DNA from: Schizochytrium sp. TIO01
Lineage: Eukaryota > Protista > Bigyra: Labyrinthulomycetes
Length of the DNA stretch: 64,000 nucleotides
Direction of reading: 5' to 3'
NCBI GenBank assembly: GCA_004764695.1
Contig: SMSO01000031.1
Span: 6,306,761-6,370,760, forward strand
The notes beneath the pieces were generated by a model, which was given only the letters and a program-made list of their open reading frames with translations, was not told the origin of the DNA and did not search any database. Positions within the stretch are counted from its first letter, which is position 1, and the number at the start of each line of letters is the position of its first letter. A program made the translations under genes and the position numbers. Below, piece by piece: positions 42,682-55,702 of this stretch.

Positions 42682-45600
42682 TCTGATTTTGCGAGTTCTG
42701 CTACTAGTTCTTGCCAGACAAGTCACAAGGAAAACGTGTTGGCCATGGAAAGTTCGTCCAACCGTTGCAGCGAAATGTGCAGATTTCAAACCTCTAATGC
42801 CTGATATCTATTTCCCCAAAATGGGAGCGGGCGTACTGACCTTGAGACCAGATCTAGTTATTCCCTGCCCAAACTCTCAATGTGTGCTTCCTTGCTGACA
42901 TGGATCGAATTATTCTTTGCAAGATATATCCAAATCCATGAATAGTCTTTGGGAAGACTGAACCCAATAAAAGGACCCAGGGAAACATGTGTGCTAGCGT
43001 TCTACATAGAACGGTATCATCTTTGAAAAACAGAAATATACGTTAATGAACATCGTTTATGTATAACTTTAACTGTACAAAAGGCAACAGTGGTTATTAT
43101 ATTATGCTATAACGCTGGGCATCTATATAAAGTTTATATATTGTGCCAATGTTAATATTAATTTGCTTTCTGTACTTGAGACCGAATGAGCACGAAGGGG
43201 AAGGGTGAGCGCCCACTTCAGCCCGAAGGGGGGCCAGGGGGAGGCGGAGGGGAATGGCTACAGCCGTTCCCAAGCTACGTCGTTTAAGGCACAGTTCTTG
43301 CTGCAGAATTACCTTCATAGCAGTACTCGAGCCAAAAAACTAACAAACATGCCATCGACTGCACTGACATAATTATGGAAAATGAAAATTCCATGACCCC
43401 ATTAGTTAAGTTAATTCCGAATTTTGTGCAACGTCGTAATAAATAGCTTTAGATGGATGTGGTCTGAATGATCGAATTTCGACGCAAGCAACTTGAAATT
43501 CGAGCAATCAAGAAGCTGTCATGCCAGAAACCGTCTCCCTGAATCAGTGGTTTCACTTTGCTTCAGTGCCATTTTCTTTTCCATGCCCCTTCAAGTTTCT
43601 TCTTCGCAAAACTGTGCCCCTCTGAATCTCGCCGTTCAAGTAGTTAGTGCCCTACTCAACAATTGTGGTAACAGCTCTTTTATCTAAGAGATCCGTTGAC
43701 AGCTCCGTGCGTATTGCAGAACTTGTAAATATTTTCTCTTTCCTTATTTTATTTAAAAAGAAAAGAAAAAGAAAAAGAGTTTAAGCATTTATGATCTTTC
43801 TTTCTCTTCAAAGTATACTTTAAAAGTGATGCCTTCATATTATGAATACCACATACTTTCACATTCTTTTATTTTTAGTGTGGGCATAGCCCCGTAGTTA
43901 AATTTTCTAAGTGTTATATTTTTATTTGTTTATTTTAAAAAGAAAGAACAAAGAAAACATAGAGAGTATTTTCCAAAATTTTTCTTTCTTTCTTTCTTTC
44001 TTTCTTAAAAATTAAATTACAGAAGAATCATAGAGTCCTTTTCGAGCCTTGAGAGCTTATTACTTTATCAATTTCTGTATTTCAACTAAAAAATATATAC
44101 CTCTTTACAAAATAACGAATGGGAGTATGATTTATACGCCGAAGAGTAAGTTTTTAAGTTATTGATGCACCAACGAGAAAGAAACATAATTGTGATGTAA
44201 CATTCTTGAGAAAAACTACTATGCCTACAAGAAAAAGGCCGCTAACTCCCTCGAAGCCGCTCGGTACGATAGCGTTGCTGCCGCAGAGCTAAGTCTGAGC
44301 GTTGTGGGCGGAGTAGTCTCCTGCTCTACAGAGGAGCGGCTTTCGTTAATCTCCGGCTCTTCGGATAGCGCCTGACCGTGCGAATGACATGGTACATGTA
44401 CGAGACCATTTGCAAGTTTCCCCTACTCCACAATATCCCGGTCCGTGGCAATGATCCCCCCTCTGTATGATGTTATAAAGTTAGGTTTTGGAATTAATGC
44501 CCGTACCAGACGCGCGCATCTCGAGTGCCGGCGGCGGACATCGTGACTTTGCGGTCAGACAATTTCGGACCCGAGGAAATGCATCTAAAGCTGGCCTGCT
44601 TTTGGATTTTCTGCCGAATTGATGTCCTGACGAAGCCGGCGCTGTCGAGGAATTTCTGGCTCTGTTGCAGCCTCTTTGGGACAGAGATGTGGGTTTTCCT
44701 GAGCATTTGGCTATGCAGATTTCGTCTCAATCTCAGCAGTTCATGCGATTCTTATTCATTTATTTATTTACATATCTTAATTTAGTTTAATTAAAAATAA
44801 ATAAAAATAATAATAAACTTTAAAAAAACGAGAGATAATTGTTTTTAATGATGTCTGGTTCTTAAAGTTGATCAATAATATTCTTAGCAGATAAATAGAG
44901 CAGAAAGCTGGCTAGATTGGACGCCCTCCATCGACACGGTTCAAGGGCGCACGGAGCCAGGCCATCAGCCTCCACTAGCTTCATGTTTGTGCCAAAAAAG
45001 CTGTCGCACCGGTCCTCAAGAAACTTACATATCAGCTCCTCGCCACCTGGCTAGGGTTTAGTAATTCGTGGAGAAAGCACCGCCATTCCCATTCTTGGGC
45101 ACATGTCAACAGGAATTACAGAGAAGATTATGCCTCAAGTGCTGTCGTTGTGCGAACAACGAGAGTAAATAAAGTTTATGGCTATCTATGGTGGTTGATA
45201 ACATCTTCTTCATGACGAAGACCGCGACATTGCAGAGGTGCACCAGGAGAGGTGCATTTGGATCGAGAGCGAGTGAGTGAGAGCGTGCTCGTGCCAGTTT
45301 GTGACAAGTGTGCGAATGCGTTGATCATTCTCGGTAGCGCTGGGAATCTTGAAGCACCTGTGTAAGACCACATTTGCATGCTCACTAATTCCGAAATCGC
45401 ACAGGATCCTCTTATGTTATGTAAGTTCATCTGTTGGAGCTCTTTGCGACGAGCGCATGTGAGGCTTCCCTGGCCCCAAGGCGTTAGGAACCCACGTTGA
45501 ATCGGCGCTAGCGGTCACATCCACGGCACGGCAAGCAACACCGCGGCACAATCTGCATTGCATTTCGCTGCATTCCAGTAAATTCCATGACACGACATCG

Positions 45601-48600
45601 CATGACATCACATGACATTTCGCAAATGACCGGCGCCGGGAACAGCTTTAAGCAAGATCGCGATCGACTCATCTAAAGGCGTCGGGTTTACAAAGTTATG
45701 GCAGTCGCCGTTATTTGTTCTCGAGTACAATACCTCCGTCGTCGTTCTACCCAAACGACTGCCACCACCACCGCTCAGGTCATTTCAATCGCCAAGCACG
45801 GCCAGGATCTTCTTGAGATCCAGCCCAGATGTGGCTAACTCACTGACCAACCTATCGGCCAACCAACTAAACCCCTTGTCCGCATTTATGCAATTCGAAG
45901 GCATTGCAGATCTCGCCGCTTGCCCTGAAATTACGACCCTCTCGAGAGTCCTGTCAGCCGTGATGTACGTGAGGACCTCTTTGGCATCTGCATTTCCACA
46001 ACCTGAATTTCAGGCTTTAAGGGCAGCGCCATTCGATCTCCGGCTCCGTTCGTCCCATCATTTCGAGGCGCTCGAATTACACCGCAGCAACATTGCAATT
46101 TATCGCGGCGTCGAGGCCTCTCGCGAAAGGTTATTGATTGGAATGTGCGAATGGATTTGGATGCATTTCAAGAACCTGAAAAGGAAGGCCTCAGTCGGTC
46201 TTCAGTTTCGTGGCGAGAGAAGAGCTCAATCGAAGCGCTCAACTCCAAGAAAGAAGAAAGCCTTCACGCGAGAAGGCGTGAATTTCAAGGAATTCATGGC
46301 TTCGTGGAATGACTTCATGAGCGAAGGATCGAATGAATATGAACGAAAGAATGAATGAATGAGTGAACGAATGAACGAAAGAATGTAATGTATAAATGAA
46401 TGAATGAGTGAATGGCTGTTCTGAAATGGGATGGGTCCCGCACAACAAATCAGAGGCACGCACGAGCGCCCACGTGCACGAGCTGGACAGGATCTTCAAC
46501 TCGGCCTTGGCGTCGACCTTCGCCGACTCGCCCGACGCGCGAATAAGCACGCAAAGAAAGATCCCCATTCATCGCTCGATCGACCTCTCGATGGATCGAA
46601 GCATCGAAAATCTCTGCATTACAAAGGTACATTTTGTTACTCCACCTTATTCATCCCATCCCTTACAAGCGAGAATCTTACAGTCGCACACAGGACCTCC
46701 AATCCGCCTAGCCCTGGCCTACGCCTCTCTAAGCCCCCTCCCCGCCTAAGAACGCGCCCTCCTGCTCAGGCCCTAGTCTTCTGGCAATCCGCGGTGCCGT
46801 AGCGGCGGGACCCCGCGGTGATGTGTTGGAAGCGGCGCGGTGCGTTGATGAAGAAGAAGGTTGATCAGAGGAGGAGGAATCATGTAAGTAAGTTTGAAGG
46901 CAAAACCGACGCACTGTTAAGTTAAAATGGAGGGCGAAAGAAGGTTTTTATGCGAAGTAAGTGCCTTTGGAAACCAAGAACGAACCTGAGGTTGAGCTTT
47001 GTTTGGATTGGTCGATCTTGGAGAAGAGGCATTTGAGAGTGGGCCTTCGGCCGGTGAATCGGTCAACTGCGCCAGTCGATCGCCCGAATAAGCAGTCCAA
47101 AGTCACAGAAAGAAAGACCTTTCGTACGCATCGCATCGCAGATCGATCAGAATCAGTCAAATGTGAATGAAGCTGACGTAAGAAATTGGCGGAGTGAGCG
47201 AAAAGAAGAAAAGAAGATTTTACATAAACTAATAAATAAATAAATAAATAGATTAATTAAAAATAATAATTAAGCAACAGTCAGATAGATACACAGTCAA
47301 AATAAAGTCAGAAAGAGAGCCAGAAATTAACTATCTATCGATACACATACCGTGGCGGTGAAAACGCCTTCGAAGATTCTCTTTGAGATGGAGATAGATA
47401 GATAATAGATGGGTAGATACTCACTTATAACTTACTGACTTGCTGTCTGACTTATTTACTCTCCTTTCGAGCAGATTGAACTTCTGAAGAGCTCTTTTCT
47501 TCTTCTTATCTTTCGCTGTCTATTCTGTTTTCCTCTCCTTTTAATTAAAATCAATGTCAATATTTCTATTTCTTTTCTTTTCTTTTTTTAAAAAGAAGAA
47601 AATCGAAAGAATTATAACAGTTGTTATACCAAAGAAGGCAAAGCTCACAATAGTGGAACCCGTGTAGCATCAATTCGTAATAATTCATCATATTCCGGTT
47701 CTTGTAGCGGCAGACCTCATCAACTCGGTCGACGGGAAAGAATCTCAGAAGAACCTCTAAAGAAACCAAAGCCCCTCATACACCCGGTCCCTTATGCGCG
47801 GCCTCCGTCGTGATTGCCCGTTCAGGCCGCCTCCCATATCGCTCCCATATCGCTCCACCGTCGTCTTCTTTCGCGATTCTCTGCGGCAAATCGCAGTCCA
47901 AACCTCAGTCGAGGCCTACGATGTGCTCCTCAGCCCCTTCGCGTGTGCCTCTTCGACCCCTCAAGCCTCCAATTGACGGGCCCACTCCCCTTCCGCGCAG
48001 AGCTTTTCGCGCCCCTTCCCGCCTTATTGGACAAGGGCGGGCGCACGGTGAGATCGCCGCTGCGCCTCGCAAAGGGCGGCGGCGTGTCACCAGAATAGGT
48101 GTCATGAAGGGTTTTTCTTTATTTCCTCCTCTCTTTCAGGTCTGTAGATGAATGAATAATAATTTTGTTGTATTGGATAAGCGCTTCTTTTATGGATGGA
48201 GATTTTGTTTAATTCTTATTCTTCTTTAATTTTATAGAAACTGGTCTTCTTCGCTTTTCGTTGGTGTTGTTGCTTTGCTTTGCTTTGCAGAAGGAGGTGG
48301 CTTTGGCAGCGGAGGAAGGCGGTTTCAAGAAGGGGAGCGTGGCTTAGGCCCTTCCTTTGGGGCAGTTCTTGCGCTTTGTTACGAGCTTTTCAATCACAGG
48401 TCAGTTCGTCATTTCGAGTTTTCGAGGTATGTCGAGAACTCACATGAAAAAAAAATGAAAAAAAGACAGAAGCACTAAGGAGAACTTTTAACGCAAAGTA
48501 AAAAAAAACAGCAGATTTTTCATTCACTCATTCATTCAATTCCTTCCGATGAGGCGAGTTTGGAGTCTTTGCGTCGGTCTTTCGGCAGATCGCCCTTTCA

Positions 48601-49129
48601 AACTTCGTCGTCATGGCTTCTCAATCGTACTTCTGCACTCTATAATTCTATCTATCTACTCTCTGTTATGTATGCATTCCGGCTCCTCCTCCAATCGAGC
48701 TTTTCCTAGCTTTATTTATTTATGCATTTATTTATGTAACTATTGTTTATTTATTGTTTATTTATTCATATAAAGTTGTTCATATGATCCTCGATTCCTT
48801 TTTACTTCTTCATACTTCTTCATACTTCTTCATACTTCTTCTTTACTCGCCTTTCTAATCGTTTCTAAGTGGAAAAGCAGAAAAACAGAGGTACTGCGCA
48901 TGCATGCTCTGCGAAGGAAGGGCTAGCGTCGGCGCTTCGACAGGAATCGCAGCAAATGCCATCGAAAGAACGGCACGTCGATCTCGAAGAGATCTTTTGC
49001 GCAGAAACCATCGAAGTGCTCTCTCGAGGAATCACAGGTCTGCAAATATTGATACCTGGTTTTTATTATTCTTACTCTTAAAAAATAGAAAATAAAAAAT
49101 TACTATTTTAAAATGAATGAAATATGTTA

Positions 49130-49131
<2 letters not shown>

Positions 49132-49183
<52 letters not shown>

Positions 49184-49187
49184 GTAT
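49132..49187. repeat. (TA)n followed by (TATG)n microsatellite
   Basis: Read directly from the sequence. Confidence 0.95.
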
Positions 49188-49765
49188 AAACTACTGTTCA
49201 AAAGCGATGACTTCGCTCTGATCTGATTAATTAAAGCACATTTGTTTGTTTTTCAAGTAATTATTAACAAAGAAAAGAAAAGTAGAGGAAAATTTGTGAA
49301 AACAGAAACAAAAAAGAGTGGAAAACAAATAACAAACATAAAAAACGAAGAAAGAAAAATCGACGTGAAGGACGACTTCGGGGTGGTTGTTTCCTTGGAG
49401 CTCCCTGCATAATCAAAAGGCTTTCTCGGCGACCCTGACGAGTCCGCTTCTGTGGCCATAGCGCTCGGTGCCTTCGTGCAGGCTGGCTTCGTGCAGCGTG
49501 GCACGGGTACCGGTCGGCTTGACGTGGAGGCGGGGGTCTCAGTAGACCAGTTCACAGCTTAGTACCCAGTCGGCAAGCCTCGAGCCGCGAGCTCGTGCTT
49601 CAACCCAAACAACTTCGACGTCGAGGTGCCTGCAAAGTTGACTTTGTTGTGTGCTTGCTTGCCCTCTGGTTGCTGGGTTCTACACATTGTCGAAGGAAAC
49701 TCTGTATAGCAAGCAGATCAAGATTGGGTTCCTCGAAATTGCCTTCATCAGAGATAGACATAATC

Positions 49766-52435
49766 ATGGAAAACCGAAGCCTGGTATCGGTGACTGAGGA
49801 CGTCACAATGAAGCACAATGCTAGCGCGTTAGTTGACGACAATGCTAGGGAGGCGCGGAGAGCGAAGATCCGCACGAAACTTCGCGCTAGAATTGGGTTC
49901 TTGGGTATCGGTCTTTCGGCACTTGTCGTGCTTGGGCAGCTGGGGTGGTTTGCTCAAGGTAATTCGCAGTATGAAACCGGTCGCCGCGACAGCCGCCGCC
50001 GTGAACTATCGTCTTCTTCATCATCAGGCACAGAGGATGCATTCTGTAGCGAAGATCCTGGCATGGCCTCATTTTGTGTGGTGAATGGCACTAACCTCTG
50101 CACTGGTGATGATGAATATACGCGTGTTTGCTGCCTAAATAAAGACGAGTGCCGCACATTTTATGGCGATGTATGTCCAGAGTCATACATCTGCGATGCG
50201 GAGCTAATGCCTGGATCTACAGGCTACGGCAGGTGCTTAAAGGATTGGGAAATGAACGGCGGTGCATGGGCCTACGTCATTATCATGTTTTACCTCTTCC
50301 TTGGTCTTGCAATCGTTTGCGATGACTATTTTGTCGCATCCCTTGAAAGTATTAGCGAGTCACTTAACCTCTCTGAGGATGTTGCAGGAGCCACCTTTCT
50401 CGCAGCGGGTAGCAGCGCACCCGAACTTTTCGTTTCGCTGGCAGATAACGTGATTGCAAACCCACCCAAGGATGTCGGTATTGGTACCATCGTGGGTTCT
50501 GCTATCTTCAATATTTTAGTTATTATCGGCCTCACTGCAATGCTTGCCGGTGATGTGCTTCACCTTGATTGGCGCCCCCTTGCACGTGACGTGAGCTTCT
50601 ACATTGTCTCTATTGTAGTGCTGCTGGCTGTAATCATTGACGGTGATGCCCATTGGTGGGAAGGTCTCATTATGCTGCTCATCTACGCACTTTATATTGG
50701 TTTTATGACCGTCAATGCTCGAATCTTTGTGTGGATGGACCAAAAATTTGGCAGTTCCAGGCCTCAGGAAGGTTCCACTCCTGACGGCGACACTCCCGTA
50801 CCCAAGCTGCCTGTCGATGATATTGAGACCGCCCCCGCACTTACTACCTCACCCTCCTTAGTCACTACCCCGGCCTCCAACTACACTAACCTGGACACTG
50901 ATAGCGGTGCTGTCGAGCTTGCTCTCACTGATTATGAAACATCAGAAGACCTTAACTCCAAGGTAAACTTAGACAAGGTTTCAGGAGAGGGCACAAGTCT
51001 CAACTCCGTACAGCCGGTCACTACCGTGTCTAATTCCACTTCCTATTCAGCTTCCTCTGAAGGTGTCGTTCGTGCAGCCGAAACTCTCCTGGGAAGTTCC
51101 GCTATGCCTGCCCAAGGTCCTGCCGTTCGTCACACTGTGGAGACCTCGAGACCTACAGCTGCTGTTGAGGCAGCCGCTGAAGTCGCGCGTCTCGAGCGCC
51201 GCAACAGTGAAACTCACGTTCGTGAACACTCTTCAATGGCTGGCCATCAGAATCACTACCGTGGCGATGGTAGTGCTCGTTTTGTGGCAGGTTCCAATTC
51301 TTCCAACCCTCTTTTTATTAGCCGTAATCGTGGGTTCAATCACAGCATGCGTTTCAGTCGCGAGGGCTCAGTGCGCAGTGGAGTGGCTCCTTTTGGCCAC
51401 AACGAGCAACACCCCAATATGCTTTCTGCACACCAGAACTCTTCTCGCAAGAGTGTCACAGATGTCGCACAGGCCGTCATCCGAGCCAGTCTTGAGAGCA
51501 AGTCGTGGGCGGATCACTCCCAACAGGCTATGGAAGGCAAGCAGCACAGTTCTGCACCCGACGGAACACACTCCGGCCGAGGAATTTCCGAGGGCCAAGG
51601 CTCCTCAAGCAACGTAGTTCCTGACAACAGCGGACAGGGACTCGCTCTTACCAAGGTGGTTGCTCCCGACCCTGTCGTTTGTGAGGAGCAGGAAGACGAA
51701 CAGGAATCATACTGGGCTCCTCTGCACTGGCCTTCGTACGAAGGAAACAGCGAGAAGGAAGGAGCCGAGGCCTCAGGAAACATGCCGAACAAGCTGTCCT
51801 TCGTTGGCCGCTGCTGCTACGGCTGGAAGTCACTCTGGGCATCGCGTTTGTACTACGTGATTTCCTTCCCATATAACTTCATGTTTCGCTTCACAATCCC
51901 GGACTGCACCTTCGACGTCTTCGGAGAGGACAAGGAAGGCGCCGAGCCCAATCGCCGTATCGCATTCTCACTCACATTCACGATGAGCATCGTGTGGATC
52001 GCTGTGCTTTCTTACTTTCTTGTGTGGTCAGCGAGTAAGTTCGGCTGCACTGTGGGCATCCCTTCCTCTGTTATGGGCTTGACCTTTATTGCAGCGGGAA
52101 CGAGTGTGCCCGACGCAATATCCTCCATTATCGTCGCTCGCCAGGGCCAGGGTGACATGGCAGTTGCGAACTCGATCGGCAGTAACATCTTTGATATTCT
52201 CATTGGCCTTGGTCTTCCTTGGTTCCTTGCAGGTCTCATTTACAAGAACTCTTCCAACGTCCAAATTGATGATATCACTGTTGGTATGTCCTTTCTCTTT
52301 GCAATTGTCGTCGTGCTAGTTATCGTGCTCAAGATCGCGCGCTGGCGCCTTAACAAGATCGTGGGCGGAGTTCTGCTTTTCTTGTATGTCTTCTACATTA
52401 TCTTTGAGCTCGTCATTTACCCTCACGTCGAATAA
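49766..52435 (+). CDS. K+-dependent Na+/Ca2+ exchanger (NCKX/SLC24 family)
   Basis: Alpha-1 repeat EDVAGATFLAAGSSAPELF..GTIVGSAIFNIL; alpha-2 repeat GLTFIAAGTSVPD..GDMAVANSIGSNIFD with the NCKX-type Asp; large cytosolic loop. First ATG at 49766. Confidence 0.93.
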   Translation: MENRSLVSVTEDVTMKHNASALVDDNAREARRAKIRTKLRARIGFLGIGLSALVVLGQLGWFAQGNSQYETGRRDSRRRELSSSSSSGTEDAFCSEDPGMASFCVVNGTNLCTGDDEYTRVCCLNKDECRTFYGDVCPESYICDAELMPGSTGYGRCLKDWEMNGGAWAYVIIMFYLFLGLAIVCDDYFVASLESISESLNLSEDVAGATFLAAGSSAPELFVSLADNVIANPPKDVGIGTIVGSAIFNILVIIGLTAMLAGDVLHLDWRPLARDVSFYIVSIVVLLAVIIDGDAHWWEGLIMLLIYALYIGFMTVNARIFVWMDQKFGSSRPQEGSTPDGDTPVPKLPVDDIETAPALTTSPSLVTTPASNYTNLDTDSGAVELALTDYETSEDLNSKVNLDKVSGEGTSLNSVQPVTTVSNSTSYSASSEGVVRAAETLLGSSAMPAQGPAVRHTVETSRPTAAVEAAAEVARLERRNSETHVREHSSMAGHQNHYRGDGSARFVAGSNSSNPLFISRNRGFNHSMRFSREGSVRSGVAPFGHNEQHPNMLSAHQNSSRKSVTDVAQAVIRASLESKSWADHSQQAMEGKQHSSAPDGTHSGRGISEGQGSSSNVVPDNSGQGLALTKVVAPDPVVCEEQEDEQESYWAPLHWPSYEGNSEKEGAEASGNMPNKLSFVGRCCYGWKSLWASRLYYVISFPYNFMFRFTIPDCTFDVFGEDKEGAEPNRRIAFSLTFTMSIVWIAVLSYFLVWSASKFGCTVGIPSSVMGLTFIAAGTSVPDAISSIIVARQGQGDMAVANSIGSNIFDILIGLGLPWFLAGLIYKNSSNVQIDDITVGMSFLFAIVVVLVIVLKIARWRLNKIVGGVLLFLYVFYIIFELVIYPHVE

Positions 52436-53252
52436 ATTAGCATTAGTACTACCACCACCGCTCATACTCCTGCTTTCTCTATTATTTGTCAAAACTAAAG
52501 AACTATAATTTGTAGTAACCAATCTTCTTCACTGTTGCCTATCAGCGCCCTCGCTCCTCTCGATTACCGCTGCCTTGACTTGCTCCTCTCTGAGTTAGGG
52601 TATTGCTGCGTCTAGGAGCATCCCAGCCACCTTCGCTTTAGGTTCTCCGAACTTCGGGGCCCCTTGTTTCTACCCGGAGTATGTGGTTCCCCAATTCCCC
52701 TCCACCCCGAATGAGAAAGCCGCTTGCTCAGTTCCCCAAATGTGGTTTCGATGTTGCTGCTGCTGCTGCACCTATGGTGGGTATTTCTTGGCTCGTTTCT
52801 TCCTTCCGTAGGATTTCTTCTGCCCCACTCGCACGAACCACATCATTCACCACTCACTGTAAAAATGTCCTCGTATGTATTGGTTGCTTTGATGGTGGCA
52901 ATGTCCCCCTCGCAATCGAACCGTGCATTTTGCTTGGGCGGCAACGCTGAAAACTGCGTGGTAACCTAAAGAAGCTTGTGATACAATTCAGGTTTCTGAA
53001 TAGGTGGCCTCTGAACTCAATAGTAAGGAAGTTGCCCATCAAATTCCACAGTTTACAAACCGCCTAGGTTGTGGGTCTTATTAGCGAGTCTGAGAGTAAA
53101 ATCGCAATCGGGCAAAATGATTCTTATCTTATAGTGTTGAACGAAAATGTCGATAAGCAATGTCACAAACAAACAAGGAGCTTCTTTATTTATATTATAG
53201 TATAGAACAAAAATGTTGATAAGCGGAGACTCCTGTCTTCGCTTGATGATGC

Positions 53253-54278
53253 CTAAATTGCAAGGTATGAAATACAGCGATTTAAGACATCGATGGGGAG
53301 GCCAGATGATAGAGAAAAAGACTCTTGTGTGTCGCGGCAAGTTGCACGTAAGAGCTCCCAACGCATTGCCAGACAGCGTTGCTCAAGAGTCGTGTTCGAG
53401 GAAGCAATCATCAGGAGACGCCGTGAGCCTGGGAGTTGGTCGATTCGAGCCCACAACCCAGTGGCAATATTCTCACCTGTAGCGCCATGATCGATGAGAA
53501 GAGCCGCGCATTTATGTCGTTTAGTTCGGATGTCATCCTCACAGTCCGTCAAAGACAGTGCAAATACATCTTCAAGCTCAGCTTTTGGCATTCTAGGTCC
53601 TAGGTAATTTAACAAAGATCGAAGCATCGACACGTTGCCTAGCCTCACGGCGCTGTAAAATGCGGTGCGGCCGTTCACATCTCGCCACATGACGTTTGCC
53701 CCGCGTCGCAAGAGGAGCGTGAGTAATTCGACACGATCACTCTCTACAGCAATCTGCACAAAACCTCTTCTCTGATCATCAAAAACTCGCTGCCGTGGTG
53801 TCTCGGTTCGCTGGTGCGGCATTGTGGGCATTTGCATCCCAATCCGGGCACTTGCACCTGTTTGGCCAGCGTCTCGTCGCTGTCGAACGGATCGTCTAAA
53901 TCCGTTTGATGCATGATTAGCTACAACGTCAAGTTCAAGCTCTTCTTCGTCTTCATCCTCGTTTCCGGAGCTAGAGATAGACCCTGTTCCACTTCGTAGT
54001 CGAGAGGGCCATCTAGAGTGCCTCCTCATTGTGTTTACGCCATCATGGCGGTCATCATCATCCTCACTGGGGCTTAAGCTCTGGCCAAAAACATTGTTTA
54101 CGCCGCTCGTGCTGCTAGCTGTGCTCGTTGAAGAGTGCCTTCTTGATTCTTGCCTCTGAAGAACCTGCTCGGTTTCCATTGTGTCCGTAACCTCGTCACG
54201 TTGAATATTGCTGACTTCGTCAGGATTCACTCCTCCCGTTAAGCTCGTCTGCGAAGTTTTGCGAAATCTTCGCATCAT
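53253..54278 (-). CDS. Ankyrin repeat protein with a C-terminal SOCS/F-box-like motif
   Basis: AVESDRVELLTLLLRRGANVMWRDVNGRTAFYSAVRLGNVSMLRSLL and CAALLIDHGA; ends TLEQRC...GLPIDVLNRCISYLAI. Confidence 0.85.
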   Translation of the reverse strand: MMRRFRKTSQTSLTGGVNPDEVSNIQRDEVTDTMETEQVLQRQESRRHSSTSTASSTSGVNNVFGQSLSPSEDDDDRHDGVNTMRRHSRWPSRLRSGTGSISSSGNEDEDEEELELDVVANHASNGFRRSVRQRRDAGQTGASARIGMQMPTMPHQRTETPRQRVFDDQRRGFVQIAVESDRVELLTLLLRRGANVMWRDVNGRTAFYSAVRLGNVSMLRSLLNYLGPRMPKAELEDVFALSLTDCEDDIRTKRHKCAALLIDHGATGENIATGLWARIDQLPGSRRLLMIASSNTTLEQRCLAMRWELLRATCRDTQESFSLSSGLPIDVLNRCISYLAI

Positions 54279-55702
54279 TCAAGTGAAGCGGGATTTTGCT
54301 GAAGCAAGTAGCAGCAGGGCCACAACCTACTCCTGCTGGTACTCCTCAATTGAAGATATCAAGATACCACGCTCTAATTGATTGCAAAAGTTGGATTCTG
54401 AGATGACGCTATCGCCAAATGAAGATCCAGATTATTGTGTGCTTGCAAAGAATTAAATGCAAAAACAACGCGGTTTCCCGTAAGGTAAGGCTTTCCTTAT
54501 TTATCACAGCACTCTCATGGATCTGCGGTTAGGAAGCACAATACGTTGAGCCTCTGCGAGCCACACCCAAACGCAACCAAAGCCTTTTTCAGCGTCCTTA
54601 AAGAACGAACGCAACGAAGGAATCGGGAAATGCACGTGATCCTTGCTGCCACAAACTTTGACGTAAAACTAGTCGAAGCACAAGGGGGGAGAATCTTGTT
54701 TGGTGATTAACATACGACGCCAAGCCGTTGCTAGCGGCTCTTCACCGCGTTGCCGCAAATGCGGTTCTGTGCAGAGTTCTTTCACACGACTTCTGCTACG
54801 TTGGCTTTTGTCATTTTTTATTATTTTTTTAATAAAATAACTTTTTTATCTTTCTTTTTGAGTCTTCAAGTTGAATAATAACTTAAAATCGTTTTTCTGT
54901 TTCTCAACTCTCGTGGAAGCTTAGAAAGTTCTCCAAACTCGTAGAGCTATTGCATAATTTCGATGTCGTTGCTCTCTATAAACTTTAAATAGTTCTTTAG
55001 AAAAAGAGAATTGTATTAGAGATTTGGGAGAAGGAAATAGGAGAGTATCTCGTGTGTAGTTTTAACTCGGAACAAAGTTCAATTATCCAGATCGGCGCTG
55101 TTGATAAGTTCAGGATCCCAGGAGGCCCATCTTATGCCTGTTAAATAACTTGTTATTGATTTGATATTCGAATACAAACATTTATATTAAAACAGAGAAT
55201 TAATACATATCATTAGTGAACGCTTCTTCACTTTAAATTGTTTATACACTCTACTCTATTCTAAGTTCACGGATCTCAATTATTTTTAGAACAGGAGAGC
55301 AGCTAGAAAGATCAAATTTTGTCCGTTGAACCTAAGAGTTGACACAAATTAAATAATTATGTGATTGCAGATAGGTAGAATGTGAGAACAGGAATAAGAA
55401 CTCACTCAGTTCAATAGTACAAATTTCATCTGTTCACATTGCAATGCTTAGTGCTCGTTAATTGCTGTTCGTGATGCCTTTGCGATTCTACATGTTCCTT
55501 GGACATTATTGACAAAACTAGCTAGTAAAGCAAATAGGTGCGTACGTGCCGCAAAGCTGCAAGCGGCAGCTTCTTGCTGGTGTGTGGCATCCTGCTCCCA
55601 TCATAAAGCTTGCGTCGGAGCTGGTTGCCTGATAACTGAGTTGTCATTTGTATTTCCTACACCTTTTGGACACGAAGTTGCGCTCGCTAAACTCCTGAGA
55701 AG

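Noticed and set aside
44281-44570. RNase P-like AAGTCTGAG ... TCAGAC pairing
   Set aside because: CR-I and CR-V consensus contexts are not matched, and a short complementarity is expected by chance.
45813-46802. ORFs of 181, 113 and 123 aa
   Set aside because: Non-ATG or microsatellite-derived ends and no recognisable motifs; small genes cannot be excluded without RNA data.
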